From Dictyostelium discoideum (lineage: Eukaryota): 64,000 nucleotides of DNA. Shown piece by piece: positions 33,891 through 49,277 of this stretch. Each line of letters opens with the position of its first letter. Position 1 is the first letter of the stretch. The position numbers and the translations under genes were made by a program. The notes under the pieces were generated by a model. That model did not search any database and had not been told where the DNA came from. It worked only from the letters and a program-made list of their open reading frames with translations. The stretch covers positions 4,064,001 to 4,128,000 of the forward strand of contig CM000153.2 in assembly GCA_000004695.1 (NCBI GenBank). Direction: 5' to 3'.

Positions 33891-34012
33891 TATTATTATT
33901 ATTATTTTATTTTTTAATAATAATGATCATTACCCATTTTTCTATATTCAACCCATGAGGATTTTTGAAGAGATGAGACAAATGATTGTGGTAATAATTT
34001 TAAAATTGACAT
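33398..34012 (-). CDS. Cytochrome b-c1 complex subunit 7 (QCR7/UQCRB, 14 kDa); three exons about 34012..33934, 33756..33617 and 33506..33398
   Basis: Not in the ORF track. The spliced product MSILKLLPQSFVSSLQKSSWVEYRKMG-LYFADLYNNTEANQEVYRRLPFDVLVQRDRRLRVAIDLSLKKQLLP-ESEWSDNQKDFEFTEMIEKYTEQVERENDLRRSFRE aligns with the UQCRB core (RRLPxxxxxDRxxRIKRAxDLSxKxQxLPKExW). Introns are GTAATG..ATAG and GTATGG..ATAG; intron 1 contains an (AATATT)9 microsatellite at ~33781-33834. Confidence 0.7.
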
Positions 34013-34854
34013 TGTGTGTGTTTTGCTATATGTGATATGATCAACTCGATATGAAAAAAAAAAAAAAAAAAAAATTAAAAAAAATAAAAATTAAAAAAAA
34101 AAAAAAAATTAAAAAATAAAAAAAAAAAAAAAAATAAAATGAAAAAAACAAAAAATTTTCAAAAAACAAAACTTTTTTTTTTTTTCCTTTATTTCATGTT
34201 TTGAACTTTAGTTTCATCTGAATATATTTTTAAAATATAATATGTCTTTATTAGGTACAGTTTCAAATAAATAGAACCCACTTGGTTTCAACATTTTTTG
34301 ATACATATATAGTAGATAATAAATAAATAAATAAGTAAATAAATAAATAAATAAATTAAAAATACAAAAAAAAAAAAAGTAATGAAAATAGATAATAAAA
34401 ACATCCTTTTTTTTTTTTTGGTAAACAAATTTGTTAATTTCAGAGAATATGTGCATTTTTCTACTTTTTTTTATTTGTTTTTTTATTATCTATTTTTAGA
34501 TCAAATATTAAAACAATAAATTTTGTGTTTTTTGGCAATGAACAACTATCATGTGTTTCTCTTTTTTGGGTGTGTGTTTTAGTGAGATAGTTATTTTCAT
34601 TTTTTTTTATTTTTATTTTTTTTGTGTGTTTTTATTTGCACGTTTTATTCTATTTTTAACTCGTATACATTTAGGTTAATGGAAGTGATATTTTTATTTT
34701 TATTTTTATTTTTATTTATTTTTATTTATTTTTATTTTTTTTTATTTATTTTTTTATTTTTTTTATTTGAAAACAATTTTTAATTTTTTATTTATCATTA
34801 ACCTCTTTTTTTTTCTTTATATATATATATATATATATATATCTTTAAAAATAA

Positions 34855-34990
34855 AATAAAATTAAATAAAATTGAATTAAATTAAATAAAATAAAATAAA
34901 ATAAAACAAAATAAAATAAAATAAAATAAAATAAAAATAAAATATAGTAAAATAAAAATAAAAAAATAAAATAAAATAATCTCGTAAAAA
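34855..34990. repeat. (AAAAT)n / (AAATA)n microsatellite
   Basis: Seen directly. Confidence 0.8.
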
Positions 34991-35932
34991 TGATATTGTA
35001 ACTATTTCCTTTTTTTTTTTTATCATCTATATTTTTTTTTGATTGATTTTATGTTTTTTAAAAAAGTTTTGTTCGACACCTCCCATTTTAAGATTTTTTA
35101 CTTTTTTTTTTTTTTTTTTTTTTTTATTTTTTTTTTTTTTTTTTTTATTTTTTTTTAATTATTATTATTATTTTTTTTTTTTATTTTTTAAATTAAAAAA
35201 ATTTAATTTAAGAAAAAAAAAAAAAAAAATGACCAAAGATAGATTCATTAAAATAATTAATTATGGTTAAATCAATGTACAATAAATATTTGTTTATCTC
35301 ATTCAATCGAAAATCAATAAAAGAAGAGTAAATTTCATTAAAAATATATTTTTTTTTTTTAGTTATTTTTTATTATTTTTATTTTTATACTATTATTTTC
35401 CTTTTTTTGGTAGATTCGAATTTAGTAAAAAAATTAAAATAAAAAAAAAAATAAAATAAAATAAAAAAAATAAAAGCAATAAAATAAAAAAAATAAAAAT
35501 AAAAAAATATATATTCTAAAAATATATGCACAGTGGAAACTATTTTAAAAAAATTAACACTGTGTTTTTACAACAACAAACTCAACACACCACCACCACC
35601 ACCAAATCTATATTTAGCTTTTTTTTTTTATTTTATTTTTTTTTTTATTATTTATTTAAATTATTTTTTTACATATAAATTATTCTCTTTGCCTATAATA
35701 GTATTTTTTTAGTCATTGTTTTTTTTTTTTTTTTTTTTACTATTATTGTATAAATATTTATATCAATTTATTTAATTATTATTTTTTTTTTTTTCATAAT
35801 CTTATTCAAAAATAAAAATAAAAATTAATCCAATTTTGTGGAAAGAAATAGAAAATAAAAAAAAACAAAAAAAAAAACAAAAAAAAACAAAAAGTAAATT
35901 CTATTTTTATTTTTTTTCAAAATCTTATTCCG

Positions 35933-35964
<32 letters not shown>

Positions 35965-36538
35965 AAAACAAAAGTAAATTCTATTTTTATAATTTTTTTT
36001 AATTCAATTTTAATTATTGTTTGATTTAATTTTTTATTTTATTTCGTTTTATTCTTTTCCTTAAATTTTCATCTTCTTTAAATCATTTACGCATATTTTT
36101 GTGTTTGTCACCTCCACAATAATGTGTAGCGCAAATCTTTTAAAATTTAAAATTTTCATTTTAATTTATTATCATTATTATTTTTATTGTTATTTTATTT
36201 TATTTCATTTTTTTTTAAATTATTATTATTTTTTTTTTTTTTAATTTGGTTAGCTAGTTTGAAGATTTTGGTTGTAATTTCATAAAATGTCAAAACTATT
36301 TCTTTCTTTACACATCACTCTTTCGAGTATTAAAAATAATAACAAAAATAAACAAAAATAAAAAAAAAAAAAAAAAAATGTCCATTAAAAAATAAACAAC
36401 CAAAAAAATCACAAATACTTTATACATAAATATACACACCTATATATATATATATATTAAAATGTGTAAAAATAAAAGTATGCATGATTAATATAGTGAT
36501 AAATCTATTAAAATTTCTTTCACACACGATCTGCTTGG

Positions 36539-36587
<49 letters not shown>

Positions 36588-36689
36588 TGTCCAAAATTAA
36601 AAAAATTAATTAATTAAAAATTAATTAAAAAAATTATTAATTAATTAATTAAAAAAATTTTTTGAATAATAATAAAATAAAGTTTTTCC

Positions 36690-37100
36690 TTCCATTACCA
36701 AAAAAAGGTAAAAAAAAATTAAAGGAAAAAAAAAAAAAAATTTTTTAAAATTTCGTTAAAATTTTTGGATTAAAAAAATTAAATTAAAGGGAATTAATTT
36801 TTTTTTTGGAAAAAAATTTAAAAATTCCCCCTCCTTATTAAAGGGGTTTGGGTAAAATTAAAAAGGATTTTTTTTTTAGGCCCAATTATTCTATTTTTAC
36901 CTAAAAAAATTTTTTTTTTTTTTTTTAATTTTTTTTTTTGGTAACCACACCAATTTTTTGGGGTATAACCAAAAATTTTGGTGGTGGTTTTGGTTTTGGT
37001 GGTTTTGGCGGGAGGTGAAATTTTTTTTTCCACCTTAGTAAAATAAAGTATTCTCTTAAAAAAAGGGTCACTAAAATGACAATTCTTTTTTTTTTTTTTT
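36690..37100. other. Block of homopolymer runs interrupted by short G/C runs (ggggg, ccccc, a TTTTGG/TGG-rich segment); probable low-quality or assembly-affected sequence, or a degenerate repeat
   Basis: 'ggtaaccacaccaattttttggggtataaccaaaaattttggtggtggttttggttttggtggttttggcgggaggtg' and its flanks look unlike the surrounding intergenic DNA. Confidence 0.4.
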
Positions 37101-37107
37101 TTTTTTA

Positions 37108-37144
<37 letters not shown>

Positions 37145-38633
37145 TTGAATACAAAAGTTAAGATCTTGCAAAATAAGCACTCAAAATATCTCAATCGATT
37201 ATAATTCACTCACACACACACTCACACATGTGAAAACAATAAAACAACTACTATACCATTTCCCGTTAAACGTTAATTATTATTTTCATTTAAAATTTTT
37301 TAAAAAATTATATTTAAAATTATTTATAATTCAACACTATTAATAGAAAAAATGTGAAAAGGTATACAATAATAGAATTAATTAGAATTAAAAAAACCAA
37401 ATAGACACATTGTACATACAAATTTATACATACATACAAATAATAATTTTTTTATATAAATATGTATATAATTTTTTTTTTATTATTTTAAATATTATTA
37501 TTATTTTTTTTTTTTTTAAAAAAAAAGAAAATACACATATATGGGTAAACCATCACCGATGATAAAATTAATTTATAAAACCTTAAAAACATTTAGGGTG
37601 GTGGGTGAATGTGTGTGGGTTAGAGGATATTTTTTATATAAATATATATTTATATATATATATATATATGTAAAATAAGAGTGGTATAATGTGTGTATGT
37701 TTGTATGTTTTTTTTTTTTTCTTTTATTTTTTTTTTTATTTTTTTTTTATATTTTTTTTATTTTTTTATTTTTTTATTTATTTGTTTTATTATTTGTTTT
37801 ATTTATTTGTTTTATTTATTTATTTTTAAAAATAATTATTGTTTAAAACACATTTTTTTTTTGTATATCTCTCACTCTCTCGAATATCCATTTTATTTGT
37901 GTATTTTAATTTTCATCATTATTATTATTTTATAAAACAGAAAATTGTTGTTAAAAACAAAAATAAATAATTTAAAAAAAAAAAAAAAAAAAGCAAACTA
38001 ACCAATCAAAACTTATTTATAAACAATAATCATTTTTAGAGTGTATGTAGAGTGTATATCATATATTAATTATATATATACATATATAGGTTATTTGTTA
38101 ATTTTTTTTCTGTATTAATTACCATCACCAATTTCCATATCATGATTAATATTAAAAAAAAAAAAAAAAAAAAAAGAGAAATAAAACTATTTTGGGGAAA
38201 AAAAAAAAAGAGAATAAAAAAAAAATAATTGTCAATATCTTAACACACAAACAAAAACACACACACACACACACACAATTTCACCACATTCAAATTTTAT
38301 TTTAATCCAAAAAATAATTTTTTATTTTGTTTCTAAATATAAAACAAATATTAATACCAATTTAAAAAAAAATCAAATACTGGAGTTTAATATAATTAAA
38401 TTTAATATTTTTATTATTTTTTTAATTTTATTTATAATTTTTTATTATTACTTTAGTTTTTTTTATTATTATTTTTTTTTTCTTTTTTTTTTCCCTAAAC
38501 GTTTTTAAACACTCTAAATACTAAAATATATAAAAATAGAAATAGTTTTTTTTTATTTATTTTTATTTTTTTTTATATGTTTTTTTTTTTTTTTTTTTCT
38601 TCTTGCCATTCACACCAGTTCACGATATCGATA

Positions 38634-38675
<42 letters not shown>

Positions 38676-39160
38676 AAAAAAAAATAAAACTGTTTAAATA
38701 AATACAACATCCTTTTCCGCAATAAAAAACCATATCATCAGCAACCACTACCACCAGCTGTTTATTAATATTAAATATAATTAAAACCCAACCCAAAATT
38801 ATTTTTTAATGATAATTGTTGTTGTTGTTGTTTTTATTATTATTTAAATAATTTTCTCATAACAATTTGTTTTCTTTTTATTTCTATTTTTGTTATAAAT
38901 AGTACAGCGTACAGCTGTGAAGCATCAATAAAAATCCTCAAACCACCAAAAAAAAAAAAAATATAAAAATAAAAATAAATAAAAAATAAATTTATTTTTA
39001 AAAAATCAAACATAAAAAAACAAATAAAAATAATTAAATTATATTATTATATTTTTTTTTTTTTTTTTAAAAAAAAAAATAACAAAAACAAAAAAAAAAA
39101 ATTACATATATACATATATGTATTAAAATTGAAAAAAAAAAAAAAAAAACCTCACACACA

Positions 39161-39374
39161 ATGTCAACTAGAAAAATTTCAACATCAGTATCCACTCCAT
39201 CTATTTCGTCGTATGACATAATTTCTAACTTTAATAAATTTAGTTTTAGTGAAAATAGTGCATTAAAAAATAGATCCTTAAAAATGGATACAAGGTCACT
39301 AGGAAAATATTATACAGCAACTCAAAAATCAAATAAAAATAAATTATTTGAAGTTATTAATAATAAAGATTTAA

Positions 39375-39464
<90 letters not shown>

Positions 39465-40872
39465 TTAATTAAACTAATATTTATTTTTTTATTTATTTAT
39501 TTACTTTCTTTTAAACAGATCAGCATTTTATGACTTTTTAGCAACACAATTTTGTGTTGAAAATTTATTATGTTGGGAAGCAATTGAAAAATTTAAACAA
39601 ATTAATGGGTCACCATCTGAAATGTATTCGACTGCTGAAGAAATTTATTCATTGGTTAGTTTATTTTTTTTTTATTTTTTTTATTTTTTTTTATTTTTTT
39701 TTTTTTTAAAAAAATATTTTTTAATATTAATTTTTTTAATTTATTATTATTATTATAATTAGTTTATCAGAGATAATTCAAGATATGAAATTAATATTTA
39801 TGGTAAACAAAAAGACCGATTAAAGGAAACTTTAAAACATACATTTATAATACCAGAATTTTTAGAAAACAATAATAATAATTCTAATAATAATAATTCT
39901 AATAACAATAATTCTAATAATAGTAATAATAGTAGTCCATCATCTTCTGAAAATAATTTTGGAGGATTAACTCAAACAATTTCAACTTTAAATTTAAATA
40001 CCCCATCATCAAGTTCAAATAAAAATCATGATAAAAATCATGATAAAAGTAATAATAATAATAATAATTGTACAATTGTACAATCATCAACATTTATAAC
40101 AAATGCACCAATACAATCTGATACATTTCCAAAAAGAAAAAGAAAAATAAGATTTAGAAAATTAATATCGAAATCAAACCTTACAAATATATTTTCCGAC
40201 CCAAATAATAATAATAAATCTGCATCACTTACAAATATACATTCTCATACTAGTACATTACCACCACCACCAACAATATTACAAGAAATTATACATCCAC
40301 CATTATCACCTTCAAATACGATGAACTTTGATCCAGAATTTAAAAATATTGTTAATAATTTATCAAACAACAACAACAACAATAGCACTACAACTACAAC
40401 TACAACCAATTCAAATAATACACCAAATAATGGTTCAAATTGTGTGGTTGGATCATGCTCTGATAATGACTCGTTTGTTGTTATTTTTGGTAACACAATT
40501 GGTAATAGAAAGAGTGGTTCATCTTATGCTCTATCTGGTAGTGATAGTAGTGATGGAGAGTATGAGGATTTATTCGATAGAAATAATATAAAATTTGGTA
40601 TCGCTAAATGTTCAAACCTTTTCAATGATATTCAAGATGAATTGGAACAAATGATGATAGAGAATAGTTTGGGTGAATTTTTAAAATCAAAACTCTTTAA
40701 AGAGAAAACTTTGTACATACAACAACAACAACAACTACAACAACAACAACAACACCCAAATCAACAATTACAATGTATAGGTAACATTTCAAATACTTTA
40801 CCCACAATTACAAATTCAACTTTAATTACTTCAAAATCAAATAACAACGATAATTTAAATATTGTTAATTAG
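39161..40872 (+). CDS. RGS (regulator of G-protein signalling) domain protein; exon 1 39161..~39375, exon 2 ~39520..~39655, exon 3 ~39763..40872
   Basis: Spliced product ...FEVINNKDLR-SAFYDFLATQFCVENLLCWEAIEKFKQ...EEIYSL-FIRDNSRYEINIYGKQKDRL carries the RGS alpha4-6 signature (F..FL..EF..ENL.FW...E.FK; IY..FI....EINI). GTAAAA and GTTAGT donors, (T)nAG acceptors, frame verified across both junctions. A C-terminal RGS-like helix (SLGEFLKSKLFKE) lies after a ~230 aa low-complexity insertion. Confidence 0.7.
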
Positions 40873-40956
40873 TAAATTACTAAATTATATATTTTTAGAT
40901 TTTTAAATTCTTTTTTTTTTTATTTTTTTTTTTATTTTTTTTATTTTTTACTATTG

Positions 40957-41033
<77 letters not shown>

Positions 41034-41303
41034 AATAAATAAAATTTTTTCTAAACAAAAAAGTTTTTTTTTGTTTTTTTTACTCTAAAATCTGGGAAAA
41101 TCGATTTTTTTTTTTCTATTTTAGGATTTTTTTTTTTTTTTAGTATTTTTTTTTTAATTTTTTTTTTTTAAATTTTTTTTTTTTTTATTTTATTATTTTT
41201 TTTTTTTTTTTTTTGTTAAATTCATATAAAACAAAAAAATGTTTTGTATTAAAAAAAGATAAAAAAAAAATATAAAGAAATTATCAAAAAAAAATAAAAA
41301 AAA

Positions 41304-42351
41304 ATGAATTGGAAATATATTTGTTTAATAAATGTTTTTATAAATTATATTATTCTATTATATTTAAATTTTCGACAAATAAAAACAATTAAAAATAGTA
41401 AAATACCTAAAGAATTTAAAAATCTTTCAATAATAAATAAATCTGAATTTTTAAATTTAAAACAATTAAAATATAATTTAAAGTTTGTATTTTTGTTTAT
41501 AAAAAAAAGTAATTTGAAAATTTATTAATAAAAGATTTTATTTTATAAAAAAAAAAAAAAAAAAAAAAAAAAGAATATTTAAATTTATATCAACATTATA
41601 TAGTTTTATTAGTTTATTAGTATTTATTCTTTATTTATACCCTTTACTTTGGAATTTTTCAAATAATTTATCATCTATTGATAATAACCCTTTAAAAGAT
41701 GAAGTAAGTTTTAAATTTAATTTTTTAATTTTTTTTTTTTTTTTTTATCATTTCTAATTATACTTTTTTTTCTTTTCAATTAAATCATTCTTTTATAGAT
41801 AGTTGCAACAATAGTTTTTTTTTCAATTAAATCATTTTTATCATTAATTTTAAATTTCCCAATTTCATATTATCAAACATTTGTTTTAACAGATGAATTT
41901 AATTCAAGGAATATTAAATTATTTCTACAAGATAAAGCTTTAAATGTTATTTTCTTAGTTATAATTTATATACCATTAGTAACATTATCAATAACAGTTA
42001 TTAGAACTATTGATTTTAGGTATTGTTGGGTTTGTAAGTTTAAAAAAAATAAAAAATAAAAAAAAAATAAAATAAAATTAAAAAAAAAAAAATAAAATAA
42101 AATAAAATAAAAAAAAAAAAAAAAAAAAAACTAATTAATAAATTGTCAATATAAAATTATATAGATTGTACAATAATTTATTTATTATATGAAATTTTTA
42201 TAGATATTTTATATCCATCTTTAATTAAACCAAATTTTTTACCAAATGAATTAATACCAATGCCAGATGGAATTTTAAGAAAATCAATTCTAGAATTATG
42301 TAAAAATTGGTATAAAAAATCAAATTCACCTTCAAAAATTAAAAATAATAA

Positions 42352-42397
<46 letters not shown>

Positions 42398-43075
42398 TTT
42401 AATTTTAATGGTAATGATAATGATAATGATACAGGTGAAGGATGTGATAAAATTAATAATGAAGAAAATCAAATTAAAATATTAATATTAATGGATTATA
42501 AAAATTTTGAAATTAATAATAATCAAGATGATAATCAACAACAACATTTGAATACATATTGTTCATTATTAAATAAGCATATTGTTATTAATGAAAATTT
42601 AATAAAACGATATGATAAAGAAGAGATATTATCAATGGTTGCTCATGAAATCGGTCATTATAAACAACTCGATCAATTGACTAATTTAGTTATACCAACT
42701 TTTAATACTGCCTTGTTTTTATACTTGTTGAATCATTTCATTCAAAATGATATGGCATTTGTCGATTTCGGGTTATCTACAGTATCGTTGTATATGGGTT
42801 TACTATTATTTAGTTTTATTTATTTACCAATGGATACGATTTTCAAATCATTGCAAAATCATTTCATTAGACAACAAGAATATCAAGCTGATTTATTCTC
42901 TCAAAATATAATGGGTTGTAATCAATTCGCTTCACTTTTAAAAATTATTACAAAAGAAAATAATCCAATTTCAATTGATGATTATTGGTATTCTTTATTT
43001 TTTAATCCATATCCAACTTTTTATCAAAGATTTAAATATTTAGAAAATAGTTTAAAAAATAAAAAAATTAATTAA
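41304..43075 (+). CDS. CAAX prenyl protease 1 (Ste24/ZMPSTE24, M48 zinc metalloprotease); four exons 41304..~41508, ~41621..~41703, ~41799..~42033 and ~42204..43075
   Basis: HEIGH zinc motif plus C-terminal ...QADLFS...NPYPTFYQRFKYL (compare human FQADAF...SHPPLLERL). N-terminal exons were reconstructed by phase-checked splicing and align with the human N-terminus (YLNFRQIKTIKNSKIPKEF / [72 protein letters not shown] / [48 protein letters not shown]). Confidence 0.8.
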
Positions 43076-43381
43076 AAACAAAATGGTTACCATTCATTTT
43101 TTTTTTATATTTTATATCATTGTGTATTTTTGGGTGTTCTATTTTTACTAAATTCATATAAAAAAAAAATAAAAAAATGAAAATGTTCTTAAAGAATTTT
43201 TTTATTTTTTTTTTATTTTGAGTATAAAATTTGAATTGTTTTTATAAATAAAAAAATAAAAAAAAAAAAACTTTTTTTTAAAATAAAAAAAAAAAAAAAA
43301 AAAAGATACTTTTTTTTTTTTTTCATTCTTTCAAACATATTTTTTTTATTTTTTTAATCTTCTTTCAATTAAAAAGAGATA

Positions 43382-43412
<31 letters not shown>

Positions 43413-43415
<3 letters not shown>

Positions 43416-43604
43416 AAATGTTTAATTATTGTAGATTCAATTAAAGATGAAACCCTGTATTCAGAATATGATATTGAAACATTAGGTGTTAATATAAAAG
43501 CAGTAATTCATTTCATTCAAATGAATATTGGTGAAAAACCAACATTTTTTCAAGCAAATAAACATAGATTCGTTTTTCAATATGTAAGTAAACGGAATTA
43601 TTAA
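43413..43604 (+). CDS. Possible upstream exon or separate small ORF (MKCLIIVDSIKDETLYSEYDIETLGVNIKAVIHFIQMNIGEKPTFFQANKHRFVFQY) ending at an overlapping GTAAGT/GTAAAC donor pair
   Basis: Non-low-complexity sequence with an immediate donor; joining to the 43838 gene requires the weaker GTAAAC donor (phase 1), so the linkage is unresolved. Confidence 0.3.
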
Positions 43605-43662
43605 AATTTTATCTTTTAACTGATAAAAAAAAAAAAAAAAAAGGATAATTATTAAATTAACA

Positions 43663-43694
<32 letters not shown>

Positions 43695-43837
43695 CCTTAC
43701 TCTTATTTCTTTTTCAATTTTTTTAAAAAAATATATAATAAAAGAATGAAAACATTTGGTTTATTTTAGTATCAAATGATGATGATTCAGAAATATTATT
43801 AAGACATAGATTATATTTATTAAATGGATTATTTTCA

Positions 43838-46603
<2,766 letters not shown>

Positions 46604-46770
46604 TAACATTTTTTTTTTTAAAAAAAATTCTGGAAATAATATTATTTTCTCAATCAAAACAAAATAAAAAAAAAAAAAAAAACTTTTAATAAAATTAATC
46701 TTTAAATTTAAATGTAATTTAGTTTTATAGTTAACTTTTTTTTTTTTTTTATTTTATTTTTTAATATTGA

Positions 46771-47445
46771 TTAAACAATCATTGAAATTTCCATTAATGG
46801 AATTAAAAATATATATGGTAAAAGTTGTGATGTAATACACACGATTTCAAAATAAGTACCATCTGTAGAATACATATAATCACTACAAAAATTCATTAAA
46901 CCTGGTGAAACATTATTATATTTATTAATTTCATTACAATTAATATAGTTTGAAATTTCTAAATTCCCAAGTACAATCCATAATAAAGTTAGAATTGTAA
47001 ATTTAATTTTATTGAATTCACTACCATATGAATATAATTGAACATCTTGATAATATAATTGTTCTACACCATTAATTTCTTTATAAACATTGGTTTTTAT
47101 GGAATTTCTTTTTATGGTTTTGAATCTATAATATTGTAAAAGGATACCAGATAAACAATAAATAATTGGAAATAAAACCCAAAGTGTATCTGGAAATTGG
47201 AATTTATTCTCTAAAATTATTTTAATGAATAATAAAATATTTGGATAACTATTTAATAATACCCATACCAATGATATGAATGGAATTAATGAAATAACCA
47301 AATCAATTTTAAAAAATAAAATTTTATATGAAAAATTTGAATGATTGTCACTTATAATAATTCTTTTCCCATATTTGAATAAAAATGTTAAAAACCATAC
47401 AATTGAATAATATTTTATAACTAATAATATGAAATTATAATACAT
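46771..47445 (-). CDS. Predicted multi-pass membrane protein, no family recognised
   Basis: 224-aa ORF with several hydrophobic helices and non-repetitive composition, on the strand opposite the preceding gene. Confidence 0.45.
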   Translation of the reverse strand: MYYNFILLVIKYYSIVWFLTFLFKYGKRIIISDNHSNFSYKILFFKIDLVISLIPFISLVWVLLNSYPNILLFIKIILENKFQFPDTLWVLFPIIYCLSGILLQYYRFKTIKRNSIKTNVYKEINGVEQLYYQDVQLYSYGSEFNKIKFTILTLLWIVLGNLEISNYINCNEINKYNNVSPGLMNFCSDYMYSTDGTYFEIVCITSQLLPYIFLIPLMEISMIV

Positions 47446-48360
47446 TGTATATATTTTTTTTTTGTAATTTCTTTTTAAATGTATATCTAAATATATTTAA
47501 TTTATTTTTTGTTTTTTTTAAAAAAAAAAAAAAAAATGATTGGTTGGCAAAAAAGTGACAAATAAAAAAAAAAAAATAAAAAATAAAAAAAAAAAAAAAA
47601 ATTAAATTCTGTCGCGTTGTCCAATTATCCACATACAGTCATAATCAAAAAAAAAAAAAATATAAACAAATTAAAATAAAAAAATTTAACTGTGAGTAGT
47701 TGTCTGAATAATATGGGTGAAATTTCCCAAAAAAAATAAAAAAAAAATAAAAATCAATAATAAATCAATAATAAATCGACCAGGTTCCAAGTGATTATTT
47801 TTTTTATTTCTCGATATGTTCAACTTTAAAAAAAATTAAAAAAAAATATAAAAAAAAAAAGATTTAAAATTCATTTCTTAACAAAATAATTTAAAATTAA
47901 TTAATTAATTAATAATCTATTTTAAAAAACAAAAAAAGTATGGACAAACTATTTAATATTATATTATTTATATTTTTAAAAAAAAAACTAATAACCATCA
48001 AAAACAACTTTTAGATACAGTTTAAGTTATACATACATTTACCACCAGTTATTGACATATACCCACCCCATAAAAAATTTACTTTATTCTAAATTTATAT
48101 TATTTTCTTTTTTTTCTTTTTATTTATTATATGTATAACGATTCTTACCTTAAATATTTATAACACCTAAAAGTCCTAATAAAAAAAAAAAAAAAAATTA
48201 AATAAAGATGACTGAATCATCACAATATCATTTAACTTTAAGATTTAAAAATAAAATATTCTTGGAAAGTAAAAAAAAAAAAAAAAAAAATGAGATACAT
48301 TTTTGTTATTTTTTTTTTTAAATTTATTGTTTTTTTTTTTTTTTTGTTTTTTAATTACTA

Positions 48361-49195
48361 TTATTTCGAATTGATTGTTGAATCTTTAATTTCATTTAAA
48401 GTTTTTAAAATTGAATTAAAAGATGGACGTAAATTTGGATCAGCATTCCAACATTTAGTGATTAAAGAAGAATACATTCTATTACAATTTTGATTGATTG
48501 ATGGTCTTAAACCTGATAAGATATTATCTTCGAGAGTGCTCATAAATTTAAAATCGAACTCATCAAAAGGTAACTCTAAATGATAGCACTCCCAAAGAAT
48601 CATACCAAAACTATAGATATCGGATTTTTCATTGTATTCCATTCCTTTTAATACTTCGGGTGATTGCCAAGTTGGATTATCGACAACCTTTGAAGAGAAG
48701 TTTTGAACAATTGATCTTGATAGACCAAAATCTGAAACTTTTGCCGAGATTTCATTTGGATTGGTTGGATGAGAAGCCAATAGAATATTTGGACTTTTTA
48801 AATCACGATGTACCAATGGTGGTGTGATATTATGTAAAAACGCCATACCAGAGGCAATATCAGTGACAATCTTTAATAACATTTGCCAATCTAAAACTTG
48901 ACCATCTTCTTTTTTCTTTTTCAAAAATGATGATAAACTACCTATATCCATATATTCCATTACGATTGCATATGGTTCAAAACAAAATCCTTTCATCAAT
49001 ACGATGTTTGAATGTGATAAACCACTCATTAACCAAACTTCTCTTCTAAATTCATTAATTGCATTTAATTTACCACTTGAAATTTGATTCATTGAATCTT
49101 CACCTTGTGATGAATTACTTGATAATGAACTTGTTGATAAATTTCTTTGTAAAATCTTTGGTTGTTGCTGATTTTGTTGTTGTTGTTGTTGTTGC

Positions 49196-49277
<82 letters not shown>

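Noticed and set aside
40328-40591. Alternative-frame ORF overlapping the RGS gene
   Set aside because: Nested in exon 3 of the RGS-domain gene in a different frame; poly-T/Q/I content only
41304-41528. Treating ORF 41304-41528 as an independent small gene
   Set aside because: Its product aligns with the Ste24 N-terminus, and a GTAATT donor at ~41509 joins it in phase to the downstream exons, so it is exon 1 of the Ste24 gene rather than a separate gene
47745-47800. tRNA-like or tandem element 'aatcaataataaatcaataataaatcgaccaggttccaagtg'
   Set aside because: It is only a 12-bp duplication; there is no cloverleaf-compatible sequence and no A/B box. I found no tRNA genes anywhere in the window
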